NCBI GenBank assembly: GCA_038063735.1
Contig: JBBTUN010000006.1
Location: 8,485 to 72,484 of the forward strand
From: Patescibacteria group bacterium
GTDB lineage: Bacteria; Patescibacteriota; Microgenomatia; Curtissbacterales; GWA2-41-24
Direction of reading: 5' to 3'
DNA length: 64,000 nucleotides
Part shown: positions 12,430-22,476 of the stretch, piece after piece
Layout: every line of letters starts with the position of its first letter
How positions within the stretch are numbered: position 1 is the stretch's first letter
Program-made: the position numbers and the translations under genes
The notes under the pieces: generated by a model
What the model was told of the DNA's origin: nothing
Databases searched by the model: none
Seen by the model: only the letters and a program-made list of their open reading frames with translations

Positions 12430-12506
12430 GCCCCTCTGAAATTGCGCCTTGAGCCGTGGCCGTGTATGAATAATACTGAAAAGGCGATAGGCAAAATTAG
12501 TGGGGC
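12430..12506. mobile_element. MITE-like hairpin element, copy 1
   Basis: Imperfect terminal inverted repeats GCCCC...GGGGC; homologous to 40892-40962. Confidence 0.55.
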
Positions 12507-12531
12507 AAAGAATGCAACTCTAGACATATAA
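12505..12531 (+). repeat. Duplicated 3' end of gyrB (AKNATLDI*)
   Basis: GCAAAGAATGCAACTCTAGACATATAA versus gyrB 12377-12403 GCGAAGTCAGCTACTCTAGATATATGA. Confidence 0.75.
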
Positions 12532-12532
12532 C

Positions 12533-13063
12533 ATGGATTCACGCAGAAGGGAACAAACAGCCGTAGAGGAGAGGGGCGGGGCAAAAACAATTGAATTCCT
12601 GCAGAAATTTACGTTCTTCGATAAACCAATCCCGTCCAGTGATGATGAAATTATCGAAACTGCCGATATTGCATATAAAGACCGAGTGGTCGGCGGTTTG
12701 GTGGGCCGTATATTTACGAGTTCCGGAGAAAGAATTGCCGCAACAGGCGCACATATCGCATTTACAATCGACAAGAAAGATGACGAAGTAAATACAAATG
12801 CCGGTGTTACCAGACAATACGATCCGTTTGGAGCCAGGTTTGAAACATCTGTTTTTTACATGACTTTTTCGTCCGGACAAAAATATGCAAGCCTTGGCAC
12901 ACTCCAAGAATCTGGCAAAATTTCGTTTACGGACTGGATCGAGATTGACAAGAACGAAAATGAAGATAAAAACAAGGTCAAAAAATTATTACAACATAGG
13001 AAAGCTCAACCTCTACCATTTCGCTTGCACGAACTTATCGAAGCAAAATATAAAATAACATAA
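12533..13063 (+). CDS. Hypothetical protein between gyrB and gyrA
   Basis: 176-aa ORF tightly spaced to gyrA; no recognisable motif. Confidence 0.65.
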   Translation: MDSRRREQTAVEERGGAKTIEFLQKFTFFDKPIPSSDDEIIETADIAYKDRVVGGLVGRIFTSSGERIAATGAHIAFTIDKKDDEVNTNAGVTRQYDPFGARFETSVFYMTFSSGQKYASLGTLQESGKISFTDWIEIDKNENEDKNKVKKLLQHRKAQPLPFRLHELIEAKYKIT

Positions 13064-13065
13064 CC

Positions 13066-15618
13066 ATGGGCGATATAGGCAAAATATTAAAAGTAGAAAT
13101 AACCACAGAAATGCAAAAGTCCTATTTGGACTACGCCATGTCTGTTATCGTGGCGCGGGCCCTTCCCGATGTCCGCGACGGACTAAAACCTGTCCACAGA
13201 AGAATCATCTACGCAATGCAAAGAATGGGCATAACCCACAGCGCCCATTACAGTAAAAGCGCAAAAATAGTCGGGGAAGTTTTAGGTAAATACCATCCCC
13301 ACGGAGACGTTGCCGTGTACGATGCTATGGTGCGTATGGCCCAGGATTTTGCTATGCGTTATCAGCTTGTCCAGGGCCAGGGAAACTTTGGTTCTGTAGA
13401 CGGAGATTCGCCGGCCGCCATGCGTTACACCGAGGCCCGGCTCTCGTCAATTGCCGAAACCCTTCTTTACGACCTGGACAAAAACACTGTCGATTTTGTC
13501 GACAATTACGATGGTAACCACAAAGAACCTGTATTTTTACCGGCAGTTCTTCCTAACCTTTTAATTAACGGTGCATCCGGAATTGCCGTTGGTATGGCAA
13601 CAAATATTCCGCCACACAATCTAAACGAAATTGTCGACGCCACCATTCACCTTGTTAAAAACCCCGAAGCATCAGTGGAAGAATTAATGGAATTTGTTAA
13701 GGGTCCGGACTTTCCAACCGGTGCTCAAATATTTGATATCACAGAAATAATTGCAGCCTACGCGACCGGCCGCGGCAAAATAATGATGAGAGCAAAAGCA
13801 GATATCGAAGAAACTAAATCGGGTCGCTTCCAAATAATTATCACCGAAATCCCATACCAGGTAAACAAAGCAAACCTTGTCACCAGAATCGCAGAACTCG
13901 TTAAAGATAAAAAATTGGATGGCATTTCGGATCTCCGCGATGAATCTGACCGTAAAGGTATGCGAATCGTAGTCGAACTGAAAAAAGATGCACGGCCAAA
14001 ATCTGTTCTAAATAATTTGTATAAACACACGGCTCTGCAACAATCTTTCCCAGTCAACATGGTAGCGCTCATCGAAGGCACACCCCAAACATGTACCTTA
14101 AAAATGATCCTTGAGCAATTTATTAAACACAGAAAAAATGTCATTACAAGAAGAAGTAAATTCGAACTGGAAGAAGCCAAAAAAAGAGAACACATATTAG
14201 AAGGCCTAAAAATCGCCGTTGACAATATTGACGAGGTTATCGAAACAATCAAAAAGAGTAAAGACCAAACGGACGCCAAGGTCAATCTTATGTCCCGCTT
14301 TAAACTCTCCGAAATCCAGTCGCTGGCAATTCTGGATATGCAGCTCAAGCGCCTGGCTGCTCTCGAGCGACAAAAAATCGAAGAAGAACTGGCAATGGTT
14401 AGAGAAGAAATCGCCTATCTTGAGGACCTGCTTGCCCATCCGGAAAAAATCCTGGAAGTTGCCAAAAGCGAGCTCGTAAAGCTTAAAGAGAAATATGGGG
14501 ATGTCAGAAAAACTAAGGTATTCAAACAAAAAATAGGTGAATTTTCCGAAGAAGACTTAATCGCCAACGAACCAACAATTGTCACGTTTACAGAAGGCGG
14601 TTATGTAAAGCGTCAGGACCCGGCTTCATTTAGAACCCAAAGACGAGGGGGCAAAGGTATCTCCGGAATCACTACAAAAGAAGAAGACATTGTCAGCCAG
14701 TTATTCGTCGCGCAAACTCATGATAACCTTTTATTCTTTACCGACAAGGGTAGGGTGTTCCAATTAAAAGTTTATGAGGTACCGGAATCGTCCCGGGTCG
14801 CAAAGGGCGGAGCCGTAGTCAATCTCATCGAGCTTCAACAAGGCGAAAAAGTCCTCTCCGTACTTCCTATCAAAAAACATACAGACAAGGACGGCGAAAA
14901 ACCAAAATTTGTCGTCATGGCGACCCGTCACGGTGTTATCAAAAAAACAGCCATCCTGGCATATGAGTCAATCCGCCGCTCCGGCATCATTGCCATCAAG
15001 CTCACGGCCGGGGATCAATTATGTTGGGCAAGACTTACAAAAGGCGAGGACACAATTTTATTGGTTTCTCAAAAAGGTATGTCGATAAAGTTTAAAGAGA
15101 CCGATGTAAGACCAATGGCCCGCGACACCATGGGGGTAAGAGGAATCAAATTAAAAACAGGCGACGTGTTAATCGGGATGGATGCGATCGATAAAGAAGA
15201 CATAAAAGCAGAACTTTTGGTAATTACCGAAAAAGGCATTGGTAAAAAAACATCAGTTGACGCTTGGCCCAGGCAACTGCGCGGGGGCGTAGGTGTTAAA
15301 GCCGCAAATCTTACGGATAAAACCGGCAATATCGTTACCGCGCAAATTTTAACTAAAGACGATGAAGGCCTAATCTTAACATCCAAAAGAGGCCAGGTTA
15401 TGAGAACAACAATCAGGTCTGTTCCACGCTTAACTCGCGATACGCAGGGAGTAATAATAATGAGACTTACCAAAGAAGATAAGGTGGCAGCAGCAACCAT
15501 TGTTAAAAAGAAAAAGGATGAAGAAGTAGAAGGACTGGAGATAGAGAAAAAGGCCACCCAGAAGGCAACAAGTCCTGCTAAAAAGCTGAAAGCTCCACCT
15601 GCAAATAAAAATAAATGA
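13066..15618 (+). CDS. gyrA: DNA gyrase subunit A
   Basis: [29 protein letters not shown], GyrA-box QRRGGKG. Confidence 0.98.
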   Translation: MGDIGKILKVEITTEMQKSYLDYAMSVIVARALPDVRDGLKPVHRRIIYAMQRMGITHSAHYSKSAKIVGEVLGKYHPHGDVAVYDAMVRMAQDFAMRYQLVQGQGNFGSVDGDSPAAMRYTEARLSSIAETLLYDLDKNTVDFVDNYDGNHKEPVFLPAVLPNLLINGASGIAVGMATNIPPHNLNEIVDATIHLVKNPEASVEELMEFVKGPDFPTGAQIFDITEIIAAYATGRGKIMMRAKADIEETKSGRFQIIITEIPYQVNKANLVTRIAELVKDKKLDGISDLRDESDRKGMRIVVELKKDARPKSVLNNLYKHTALQQSFPVNMVALIEGTPQTCTLKMILEQFIKHRKNVITRRSKFELEEAKKREHILEGLKIAVDNIDEVIETIKKSKDQTDAKVNLMSRFKLSEIQSLAILDMQLKRLAALERQKIEEELAMVREEIAYLEDLLAHPEKILEVAKSELVKLKEKYGDVRKTKVFKQKIGEFSEEDLIANEPTIVTFTEGGYVKRQDPASFRTQRRGGKGISGITTKEEDIVSQLFVAQTHDNLLFFTDKGRVFQLKVYEVPESSRVAKGGAVVNLIELQQGEKVLSVLPIKKHTDKDGEKPKFVVMATRHGVIKKTAILAYESIRRSGIIAIKLTAGDQLCWARLTKGEDTILLVSQKGMSIKFKETDVRPMARDTMGVRGIKLKTGDVLIGMDAIDKEDIKAELLVITEKGIGKKTSVDAWPRQLRGGVGVKAANLTDKTGNIVTAQILTKDDEGLILTSKRGQVMRTTIRSVPRLTRDTQGVIIMRLTKEDKVAAATIVKKKKDEEVEGLEIEKKATQKATSPAKKLKAPPANKNK

Positions 15619-15650
15619 TAAGAATGCTATCAAAAAGTTCACCGACGCCA

Positions 15651-15674
15651 GAAGCCTCAAGGCTTCTTTTTTTT
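15651..15674 (+). terminator. Intrinsic terminator after gyrA
   Basis: GAAGCC-TCAA-GGCTTC followed by T8. Confidence 0.8.
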
Positions 15675-15686
15675 AAATATACTCCC

Positions 15687-15843
15687 GTCACAGATTTCTT
15701 TCTTCATTGTGTAGTTGGCGTTTTTGAACTTACTAAAAAATTGTAGGGAAACGGGAACTGACCAACGGGAATTCCCGAGAGCCCTGCGATTTTTTAGCAT
15801 TAGTTCAACAGCCAACGGAACTCTGAACGAAAAAATCTGTGAC
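15687..15843 (+). ncRNA. Candidate structured RNA (157-nt rod hairpin) upstream of carA
   Basis: Nested complementary segments with G-U pairs on the + strand; TATACT box at 15678-15683. Confidence 0.45.
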
Positions 15844-15856
15844 AAAAAATGAAACT

Positions 15857-16915
15857 ATGAACGCAAAACTAATTTTAGAAGACGGAACTATTTTCCAAGG
15901 CGAAGCACGAGGCTATAAAAGTTCCACAAGCGGAGAAGTAGTTTTTACAACTGGTATGGTTGGCTACGATCTTTCATTAACAGATCCTTCATTTAGAGGA
16001 CAAATTTTAACCTTTACCTATCCGCTTATCGGCAATTGGGGTGTTCCGCCAAAAAAATTCTGGGAATCAGAAAAAATTCACACAAAAGGGATAATTATCG
16101 GTGACCTGACAGACAAACCGGACCATTGGCAAAGCGAAAAAACCTTGGAGCAGTGGCTTATCGAGAATAAAGTGCCGACGATCGTAAACATCGATACTCG
16201 CGCGCTTACTCAAAAACTAAGAGACCACGGAGTAATGCTTGGGAAAATTGTCGTTGATGGTAAAGATATTGAATTTGACGACCCCAACAGAAGAAACTTA
16301 GTTGCGGAAGTATCACTAGCAAAGGTTAGGGTCCATAACCCAAATGGTAAAGGACCAAAGATAGCGCTACTTAACTGCGGTGCAAAAAGAAACATAGTCA
16401 ACTGCCTAACCAAAAGAGGCGCAACGGTTTACGAACTTCCCTGGAACTATGACCCGTTTGCAAATAACTTAAAATTTGATGGTCTTGTAATTTCCAATGG
16501 CCCCGGAGACCCAAAGATGGCCACAGACACTATTAATATAATAAGGAAGGCTCTTGATAAGAAATTACCTACATTCGGAATATGCCTAGGGAATCAGTTG
16601 CTAGCGCTAGCCGCAGGAGGCGATACTTATAAATTAAAATTTGGCCACAGATCGCAAAATCAGCCAACACTTCAAGTTGGAACAAAAAGGTGTTATATCA
16701 CAACTCAAAACCACGGTTATGCGGTTAATGAGAAAAAGTTACCAAAAGGCTTTAAGCCTTGGTTTATAAACGCTAACGACAATACAAATGAAGGAATAAT
16801 CCACGAAAAACTACCGTTTTTTTCCGTCCAATTCCACCCCGAAGCAGCCCCCGGACCTACAGATACCGAATTTTTATTCGACTTTTTCCTAAATAAAGTG
16901 AAAAAAAACAAATGA
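15857..16915 (+). CDS. carA: Carbamoyl-phosphate synthase small subunit
   Basis: GEVVFTTGMVGY, SNGPGDP, FGICLGNQL, QNHGYAV, SVQFHPEA. Confidence 0.97.
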   Translation: MNAKLILEDGTIFQGEARGYKSSTSGEVVFTTGMVGYDLSLTDPSFRGQILTFTYPLIGNWGVPPKKFWESEKIHTKGIIIGDLTDKPDHWQSEKTLEQWLIENKVPTIVNIDTRALTQKLRDHGVMLGKIVVDGKDIEFDDPNRRNLVAEVSLAKVRVHNPNGKGPKIALLNCGAKRNIVNCLTKRGATVYELPWNYDPFANNLKFDGLVISNGPGDPKMATDTINIIRKALDKKLPTFGICLGNQLLALAAGGDTYKLKFGHRSQNQPTLQVGTKRCYITTQNHGYAVNEKKLPKGFKPWFINANDNTNEGIIHEKLPFFSVQFHPEAAPGPTDTEFLFDFFLNKVKKNK

Positions 16916-19900
16916 AAATTTTACTACTCGGCTCAGGCGCCCTAAAAATTGGCCAGGCCGGAGAATTCGACTATTCCGGTTCCCAGGCAATAAAAGCCCT
17001 CAAAGAAGAAGGCCACGAAGTTCTTTTAATTAATCCCAACATAGCTACCATTCAAACCTCCCAGGGTTTTGCCGACAAAGTTTTTTTCCTACCGGTAGAA
17101 CCTTACTTTGTTGCAAAAATAATTGAAGATGAAAAACCGGATGCTATTCTTCTTTCTTTTGGTGGACAAACTGCCCTAAACTGTGGCCTGGAACTTGCAA
17201 AAAAAGGTCTATTTAAAAAGTACAACGTAAAAGTCCTTGGAACAGGAGTAGATGCTATCGAAACCACAGAAGACAGGGAACTGTTTGTAAAATCCCTTAA
17301 CAAAATAGGCGCGCGTACCCCCAACAGCTTTGCCGCCAAAAACCTACAGGAAGCAAAAACTTACGCCCAAAAAATTGGCTATCCCGTTATGATCAGAAGC
17401 GCTTTTTCCCTGGGAGGTCAGGATTCGGGTATCGCCGCAAATCCAAAAGACCTAAAGGAAATTGTCTCCCGCTCTTTGTCTAAAGTAAAACAAGTCTTAA
17501 TAGAAGAATATTTACTAAATTGGAAAGAAATTGAATACGAGATAGTAAGAGACAAAAACGACAATTGCATAACCGTTTGCAACATGGAAAACATTGACCC
17601 TATGGGCATTCACACCGGAGAGTCCATTGTAGTCGCCCCATCCCAAACCTTAAATAACTACGAGTATCACACCCTCAGGGAAATAGCTATCAATGTAATA
17701 CGACACCTCGGCGTAGTAGGTGAGTGTAATATCCAATTCGCATTGAATCCAAACCCGCAAATGTCAACAGGACCCGCGCTGGATTATCGCATCATCGAAG
17801 TCAACGCCCGCCTCTCCAGGTCATCTGCGTTAGCATCAAAGGCAACCGGCTATCCTCTTGCCTACGTTGCAACAAAACTGGCACTCGGTTACTCGCTTAC
17901 AGAAATAAAAAATTCGGTAACGCAAAAAACTATCGCGTGCTTTGAGCCTGCTCTTGATTATCTGATTGTAAAATTTCCAAGATGGGATCTAACTAAATTT
18001 GTAAAAAGCAACCACCTTATCGGTTCATCGATGCAATCGGTAGGGGAAGTAATGGCAATAGGTCGTAAATTCGAAGAAGCAATTCAAAAAGCGGCCCGAA
18101 TGTTAGACCTTGGACTGGAAGGGATAACCGACGACAACATTCCAAATGCAGATTATAAAGAACCAACCCCCTGGAGACTCTTTAAAATTGCCCAAAAAAT
18201 CAAAGACGGCCAGCCAATAGAAAAAATAGCCGGGGCAACAGGCATAAATAAATTTTTCTTAGAAAAAATAAAAAATATCACAGATGCCGAAAATAATCTC
18301 AAAAATAAAAAAACCTTAACTCGCGAAAAGTTACTAAATTTAAAACAACTTGGATTTTCAGATAAACGCATTTCAACGCTATTAGACTCAACAAACCAAA
18401 AGGTCAAATCGTTAAGAGACAAATACAAAATCGCACCCGTAACAAAACAAATAGATACGCTTGCCGCTGAATACCCCGCACAAACAAACTATCTTTATCT
18501 CACATACAACGGCACAAAAGACGACATCGATTCAAACTCCAAATCACAAACTTCAAATACCAAACAATATCAAAATCAAAAACTTCAAACACCAAACAGA
18601 TCTAAAGAAGCTGATTTTGGAAATTGGAAATTGGAAATTGGAAATTCTGGCAAAGTCCTTATTTTGGGCTCCGGCCCATACCGGATCGGCTCATCAGTCG
18701 AATTCGATTGGTGTTCCGTAACTTCTGCTATAAGTGCAAAAGAAAATGGCTTCCTGCCTATTGTTATTAACTGTAATCCCGAGACCGTATCAACAGATTT
18801 TGATATGGCCGAAAGGTTATATTTTGAAGAGCTATCCGAAGAAACCGTACTGGAAATTTACAAAAAAGAAAATCCGCTTGGGGTCATTGTTTCAATGGGA
18901 GGCCAAAAACCAAATAACCTCACACCATATTTAGCCAGAGCCGGTGTAAACATTTTAGGTACAAGCCCCGCCTCAATAGACAACGCAGAAGACAGAGACA
19001 AGTTTTCAAAACTCTGCGACGATTTAGAGATTAGTCAACCACCTTGGGCAAAATTAAAAAGCACAGAAGACGCATTAAAATTTGCAAACTCGATTAAATA
19101 TCCTGTTTTAGTACGGCCCTCCTACGTACTTTCCGGGGCTGCAATGAATGTTGCATTCAACGCCCAAGACCTAAGCGAGTACTTAAGTCTTGCCAGTAAC
19201 GTTTCAAAAGAACACCCTGTGGTAATTTCCAAATTTATTCAAAACGCAAAAGAATTAGAAATAGATGCGGTGGCGTCCGGCGGCAATATCATTTGTCAGG
19301 CAATTTCCGAACACGTAGAAAATGCCGGTGTTCATTCCGGTGATTCTACACTCGTTCTCCCTGCCCAAAAACTATATATTCAAACCGTAAAAAAGGTTAA
19401 GGAAACTGCTGCCAAAATCGCCAAAAGCCTAAATATTTCCGGCCCGTTTAACATTCAATTTCTGGCGATCGACAACGAAATTATGGTTATAGAATGCAAT
19501 CTAAGGGCAAGCAGAAGTCTTCCGTTTGTCTCAAAAGTCTTAGGAACAAATTACGCGAAACTTGCAACCCAAGCTATATTGGGCTTGAATCCAAAACCAA
19601 TAAATAAAAAACTGCCAACCACTTATGTGGCAGTCAAAGCTCCTCAATTTTCATTTTCCAGAATCAAAGGCGCAGACCCCGTTCTTAGAGTAGAAATGTC
19701 TTCAACCGGAGAAGTAGCCTGCTTCGGGGATGACACAAGCGAAGCATTTCTGAAATCAATTATCGCAACAGGAACAACTTTACCCAAAAAAGCTGTCTTC
19801 ATTTCTTTAGCAGGAGACGAAAACAAAGCCAAGTTCTTGGACAGTGCCAAAACCCTAAATACCATAGGGCTAAAAATTTATGCCACAGCCGGCACCACAG

Positions 19901-20202
19901 CTTTTTTCAAAAAAAACGGGGTAGAGGCAACCATGCTATATAAAATTTATGAAAAGAAAAAGCCGAACGTTTTAAACGTGTTGCATTCTAAAAAAGTTGA
20001 CCTGGTAATTAATATCTTTGACCCATACTTTAAAAAAGAGTTCGATGATGACTACCAAATTCGAAGAACAACCATTGACTACGCAATTCCGCTACTCACC
20101 AATATGCAAACGGCCGAACTTTTCGTCCAAAGTATCAAAGAAAAAAAACTCAGTGATTTAAAAACTAAACCCTGGCAATCATACGTCAAATTTCAGAATT
20201 AA
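16912..20202 (+). CDS. carB: Carbamoyl-phosphate synthase large subunit
   Basis: GQAGEFDYSGSQA, two ATP-grasp halves, GSSVEFDWC, C-terminal MGS domain; ATGA overlap with carA. Confidence 0.97.
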   Translation: MKILLLGSGALKIGQAGEFDYSGSQAIKALKEEGHEVLLINPNIATIQTSQGFADKVFFLPVEPYFVAKIIEDEKPDAILLSFGGQTALNCGLELAKKGLFKKYNVKVLGTGVDAIETTEDRELFVKSLNKIGARTPNSFAAKNLQEAKTYAQKIGYPVMIRSAFSLGGQDSGIAANPKDLKEIVSRSLSKVKQVLIEEYLLNWKEIEYEIVRDKNDNCITVCNMENIDPMGIHTGESIVVAPSQTLNNYEYHTLREIAINVIRHLGVVGECNIQFALNPNPQMSTGPALDYRIIEVNARLSRSSALASKATGYPLAYVATKLALGYSLTEIKNSVTQKTIACFEPALDYLIVKFPRWDLTKFVKSNHLIGSSMQSVGEVMAIGRKFEEAIQKAARMLDLGLEGITDDNIPNADYKEPTPWRLFKIAQKIKDGQPIEKIAGATGINKFFLEKIKNITDAENNLKNKKTLTREKLLNLKQLGFSDKRISTLLDSTNQKVKSLRDKYKIAPVTKQIDTLAAEYPAQTNYLYLTYNGTKDDIDSNSKSQTSNTKQYQNQKLQTPNRSKEADFGNWKLEIGNSGKVLILGSGPYRIGSSVEFDWCSVTSAISAKENGFLPIVINCNPETVSTDFDMAERLYFEELSEETVLEIYKKENPLGVIVSMGGQKPNNLTPYLARAGVNILGTSPASIDNAEDRDKFSKLCDDLEISQPPWAKLKSTEDALKFANSIKYPVLVRPSYVLSGAAMNVAFNAQDLSEYLSLASNVSKEHPVVISKFIQNAKELEIDAVASGGNIICQAISEHVENAGVHSGDSTLVLPAQKLYIQTVKKVKETAAKIAKSLNISGPFNIQFLAIDNEIMVIECNLRASRSLPFVSKVLGTNYAKLATQAILGLNPKPINKKLPTTYVAVKAPQFSFSRIKGADPVLRVEMSSTGEVACFGDDTSEAFLKSIIATGTTLPKKAVFISLAGDENKAKFLDSAKTLNTIGLKIYATAGTTAFFKKNGVEATMLYKIYEKKKPNVLNVLHSKKVDLVINIFDPYFKKEFDDDYQIRRTTIDYAIPLLTNMQTAELFVQSIKEKKLSDLKTKPWQSYVKFQN
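18531..18646. repeat. Heptamer repeat tract inserted in frame in carB
   Basis: Degenerate nnCAAAY units, then (TTGGAAA)x4 at 18617-18644. Confidence 0.8.
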
Positions 20203-21166
20203 CCTTCTTGTCAACGTAATTACCAACTTGACCATTTCCGCTATGAAAAGCCTTATGGACATCTTTAAGCTGAGAATTGGTAACGTGCGTGTAAATTTGT
20301 GTGGTAGCCACATTTTTATGGCCCAACATTTCCTGGACAGATCTTAGATCCGCTCCGTTTATTAAAAGATCAGTAGCAAAAGAATGTCGCAAAACATGCG
20401 GAGTAGCTTTAACAGGCAATCGAGCAGATTTGACATATTTTTCTACCATACGCTGGACAGAACGTGATGTTAATCTCATTTCTTCACTGCCAAGCGTTGG
20501 GTCGAGGCTGCCGGAATAACGAATGAAGAGTGGCTTAAACATATCTTTTCTTTTTTCCAAATACTTTCCTACCCATAGAGCAGCCCTGTCCGAAATAAAC
20601 ACAATCCTTTGTTTTTGCCCCTTGCCAATAATTCCAAATTCACGTCTCTCGAGGTTAATTGAGTCACGGTTTAATTTGCAAAGCTCCGAGACACGAAGAC
20701 CTGTCGAAAATAACATTTCAAGAAGTGACTTATCGCGGACTCCAGGTTCTGAGCTTACGTCTGGCTGGGCAAGTAACCGCTCCAACTGATCCCTATCCAA
20801 AAACTTTAATGACCTGCTTTCTGCCTTCGGCAATTCAATTTTGTCCGGCGTAACAACTTTTAAATCCTTCTTAACCAAATAGCGCAAAAAGGATCGCAGT
20901 GAAATAACATAATAATTTTGGGTAACCTTTTTTAGGGGCAAATTACCGTTCGTGCTTAAAAAGTGGGCTAAATACACTCGATACTTCCTTATTAAATCGA
21001 CTGTTAAGTCTTGAGGCTTGGAAATAGGCGCATTTCCCTTCTGCCAATCGTCAAAAAACTCCAAGTAATGTCGATAGTCGCGAATAGTAAGAGGGGAGAG
21101 GTTTCGCTCAATTTCGCAATATTCTAAGAAGTCGATGATCTGGGCAGTTAAATCAAACATAAACAA
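20186..21166 (-). CDS. XerC/XerD-family tyrosine recombinase
   Basis: N-terminal SAM-like domain, STGLRVSEL, GKGQKQR, TPHVLRHSFAT, LGHKNVATTQIY (catalytic R-K-H-R-H-Y intact). Confidence 0.93.
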   Translation of the reverse strand: MFMFDLTAQIIDFLEYCEIERNLSPLTIRDYRHYLEFFDDWQKGNAPISKPQDLTVDLIRKYRVYLAHFLSTNGNLPLKKVTQNYYVISLRSFLRYLVKKDLKVVTPDKIELPKAESRSLKFLDRDQLERLLAQPDVSSEPGVRDKSLLEMLFSTGLRVSELCKLNRDSINLERREFGIIGKGQKQRIVFISDRAALWVGKYLEKRKDMFKPLFIRYSGSLDPTLGSEEMRLTSRSVQRMVEKYVKSARLPVKATPHVLRHSFATDLLINGADLRSVQEMLGHKNVATTQIYTHVTNSQLKDVHKAFHSGNGQVGNYVDKKVNSEI

Positions 21167-21192
21167 TCTAGCAATATAACAATCTTCTATTT

Positions 21193-21235
21193 ATTATCGT
21201 CGCAAAAGGGCAGGGAAGTCAACAATGTGCGACGT
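21193..21235 (-). promoter_or_regulatory. xer promoter bracketed by two dif-like half-sites
   Basis: TTGACT (21222-21217), 18 bp, GATAAT (21198-21193); + strand half-sites TCGTCGCAAAA 21197-21207 and ATGTGCGACGT 21225-21235. Confidence 0.55.
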
Positions 21236-21245
21236 ATAAACGCAC

Positions 21246-21266
21246 GTCCTGAGCAAAGTCGAAGGA
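21246..21266. repeat. REP-like short palindromic element
   Basis: GTCCTGAGCAAAGTCGAAGGA; related to 28826-28848, about 54425-54465 and about 56955-56972. Confidence 0.65.
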
Positions 21267-21384
21267 TTCTGCGACACACCCAATCTAAAATTAAAGGTAT
21301 CAAATCTAGATAATCAACTCTACAGTTTAAAAAAGAACCTATAGTTTGCAAATACCAACCTATTTTGATATAATCCCATATTTA

Positions 21385-22464
21385 ATGGGAGCAGAAACAG
21401 GACTATTTACAAATACCACTACTAGAAGATCATTTCTAACAGGAGCAGGAAAGCGCGCCCTAGCACTAGCCGCAATCGGAGTCGTAGGTTGTTCCCAAGA
21501 AAATGGCAGTGATCAGGAAATAACCGAGACCAATTCACTGTCTGACAAAGCAGTGAATTTAAGACGCGATATGCGAGCTTATGAGGCTGAGAACACCAAT
21601 ATTCTCACCCAGGAAACCGTTTCCAAGATAGCTAAATATACTGAAGATCTTTTCGGTGAAGTATTTGCAAAGAAAGCCATCCCTCGCCAGATATTAGCAT
21701 TAGATTATGACGAAGCAAAAAAATATGATATAGAGGCAGAGAAACCCCGCGGTGAAGCGTCCATCATATTATTTTCAAGAGACGCAACTGGAGAGATTCA
21801 AATTGACATTCCTTTAATTATATTTCTTGGCAAACCAGAAATCGGCGACCCAGGAGTCAACAAACTATCAGTAATAAGAGCCCTAATCGAACACGAATAC
21901 ACTCATACACAAACAAACGTAAAACTAGCATATAAACTAGACGGGCAAAATTCTATCAGGAAAGGTGTGGAAACTATCAGTGGCAGGACTTTTGAGTATA
22001 CACACAAAAGAGGCCTGAAGTGGGTGAAGGGGCAAAAGAGTTCAGATGCAAGAAATGATATTGCGGGGTATTTTGACGAGATCAACACCCAAATGCTAAC
22101 AGAATATTTCAACGACCCGGAAGGTAATGACCCAATTTTTGATCAAATCATAAAAAGTGAAACTTATAGAACAGGCACACTAGCTGCAAATTATAGATAT
22201 GGGGCTGCCTTATTGAAAAGACTATATGCAAAATTAAACATTTCAATTAGCCAAGTGGAAAACTACCACTTTAACGCAGACCCCAAAGGACTTCTAGAAA
22301 AAATAGATGCTCAAATACTAGCGAGAGAGCTTAAATTAGATAAAGCAGCATCTCTGATTCTAATAGATATTAGCCCGTCTAGCGCGGAATCAATAACTGA
22401 ATTCGAAGAACTCAAAAATCTAGTCGAATATGTTGAGCAATCGACAGAGACTAAAGTTAACTGA
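21385..22464 (+). CDS. Predicted lipoprotein with twin-arginine-like signal and HExxH zinc-peptidase motif
   Basis: TRRSFL, VVG-C lipobox-like, IEHEYTH and downstream FDEINTQ; promoter TTGCAA-17-TATAAT at 21346-21374 favours ATG 21385. Confidence 0.65.
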   Translation: MGAETGLFTNTTTRRSFLTGAGKRALALAAIGVVGCSQENGSDQEITETNSLSDKAVNLRRDMRAYEAENTNILTQETVSKIAKYTEDLFGEVFAKKAIPRQILALDYDEAKKYDIEAEKPRGEASIILFSRDATGEIQIDIPLIIFLGKPEIGDPGVNKLSVIRALIEHEYTHTQTNVKLAYKLDGQNSIRKGVETISGRTFEYTHKRGLKWVKGQKSSDARNDIAGYFDEINTQMLTEYFNDPEGNDPIFDQIIKSETYRTGTLAANYRYGAALLKRLYAKLNISISQVENYHFNADPKGLLEKIDAQILARELKLDKAASLILIDISPSSAESITEFEELKNLVEYVEQSTETKVN

Positions 22465-22476
22465 TAGAATAAGTTA

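Noticed and set aside
15687-15843. SRP RNA as the identity of the rod
   Set aside because: Lacks the domain IV CAGG...GGAA...AGCA signature
20186-21166. Prophage or island integrase
   Set aside because: Length and motifs fit a housekeeping Xer, and no phage or conjugation genes are nearby
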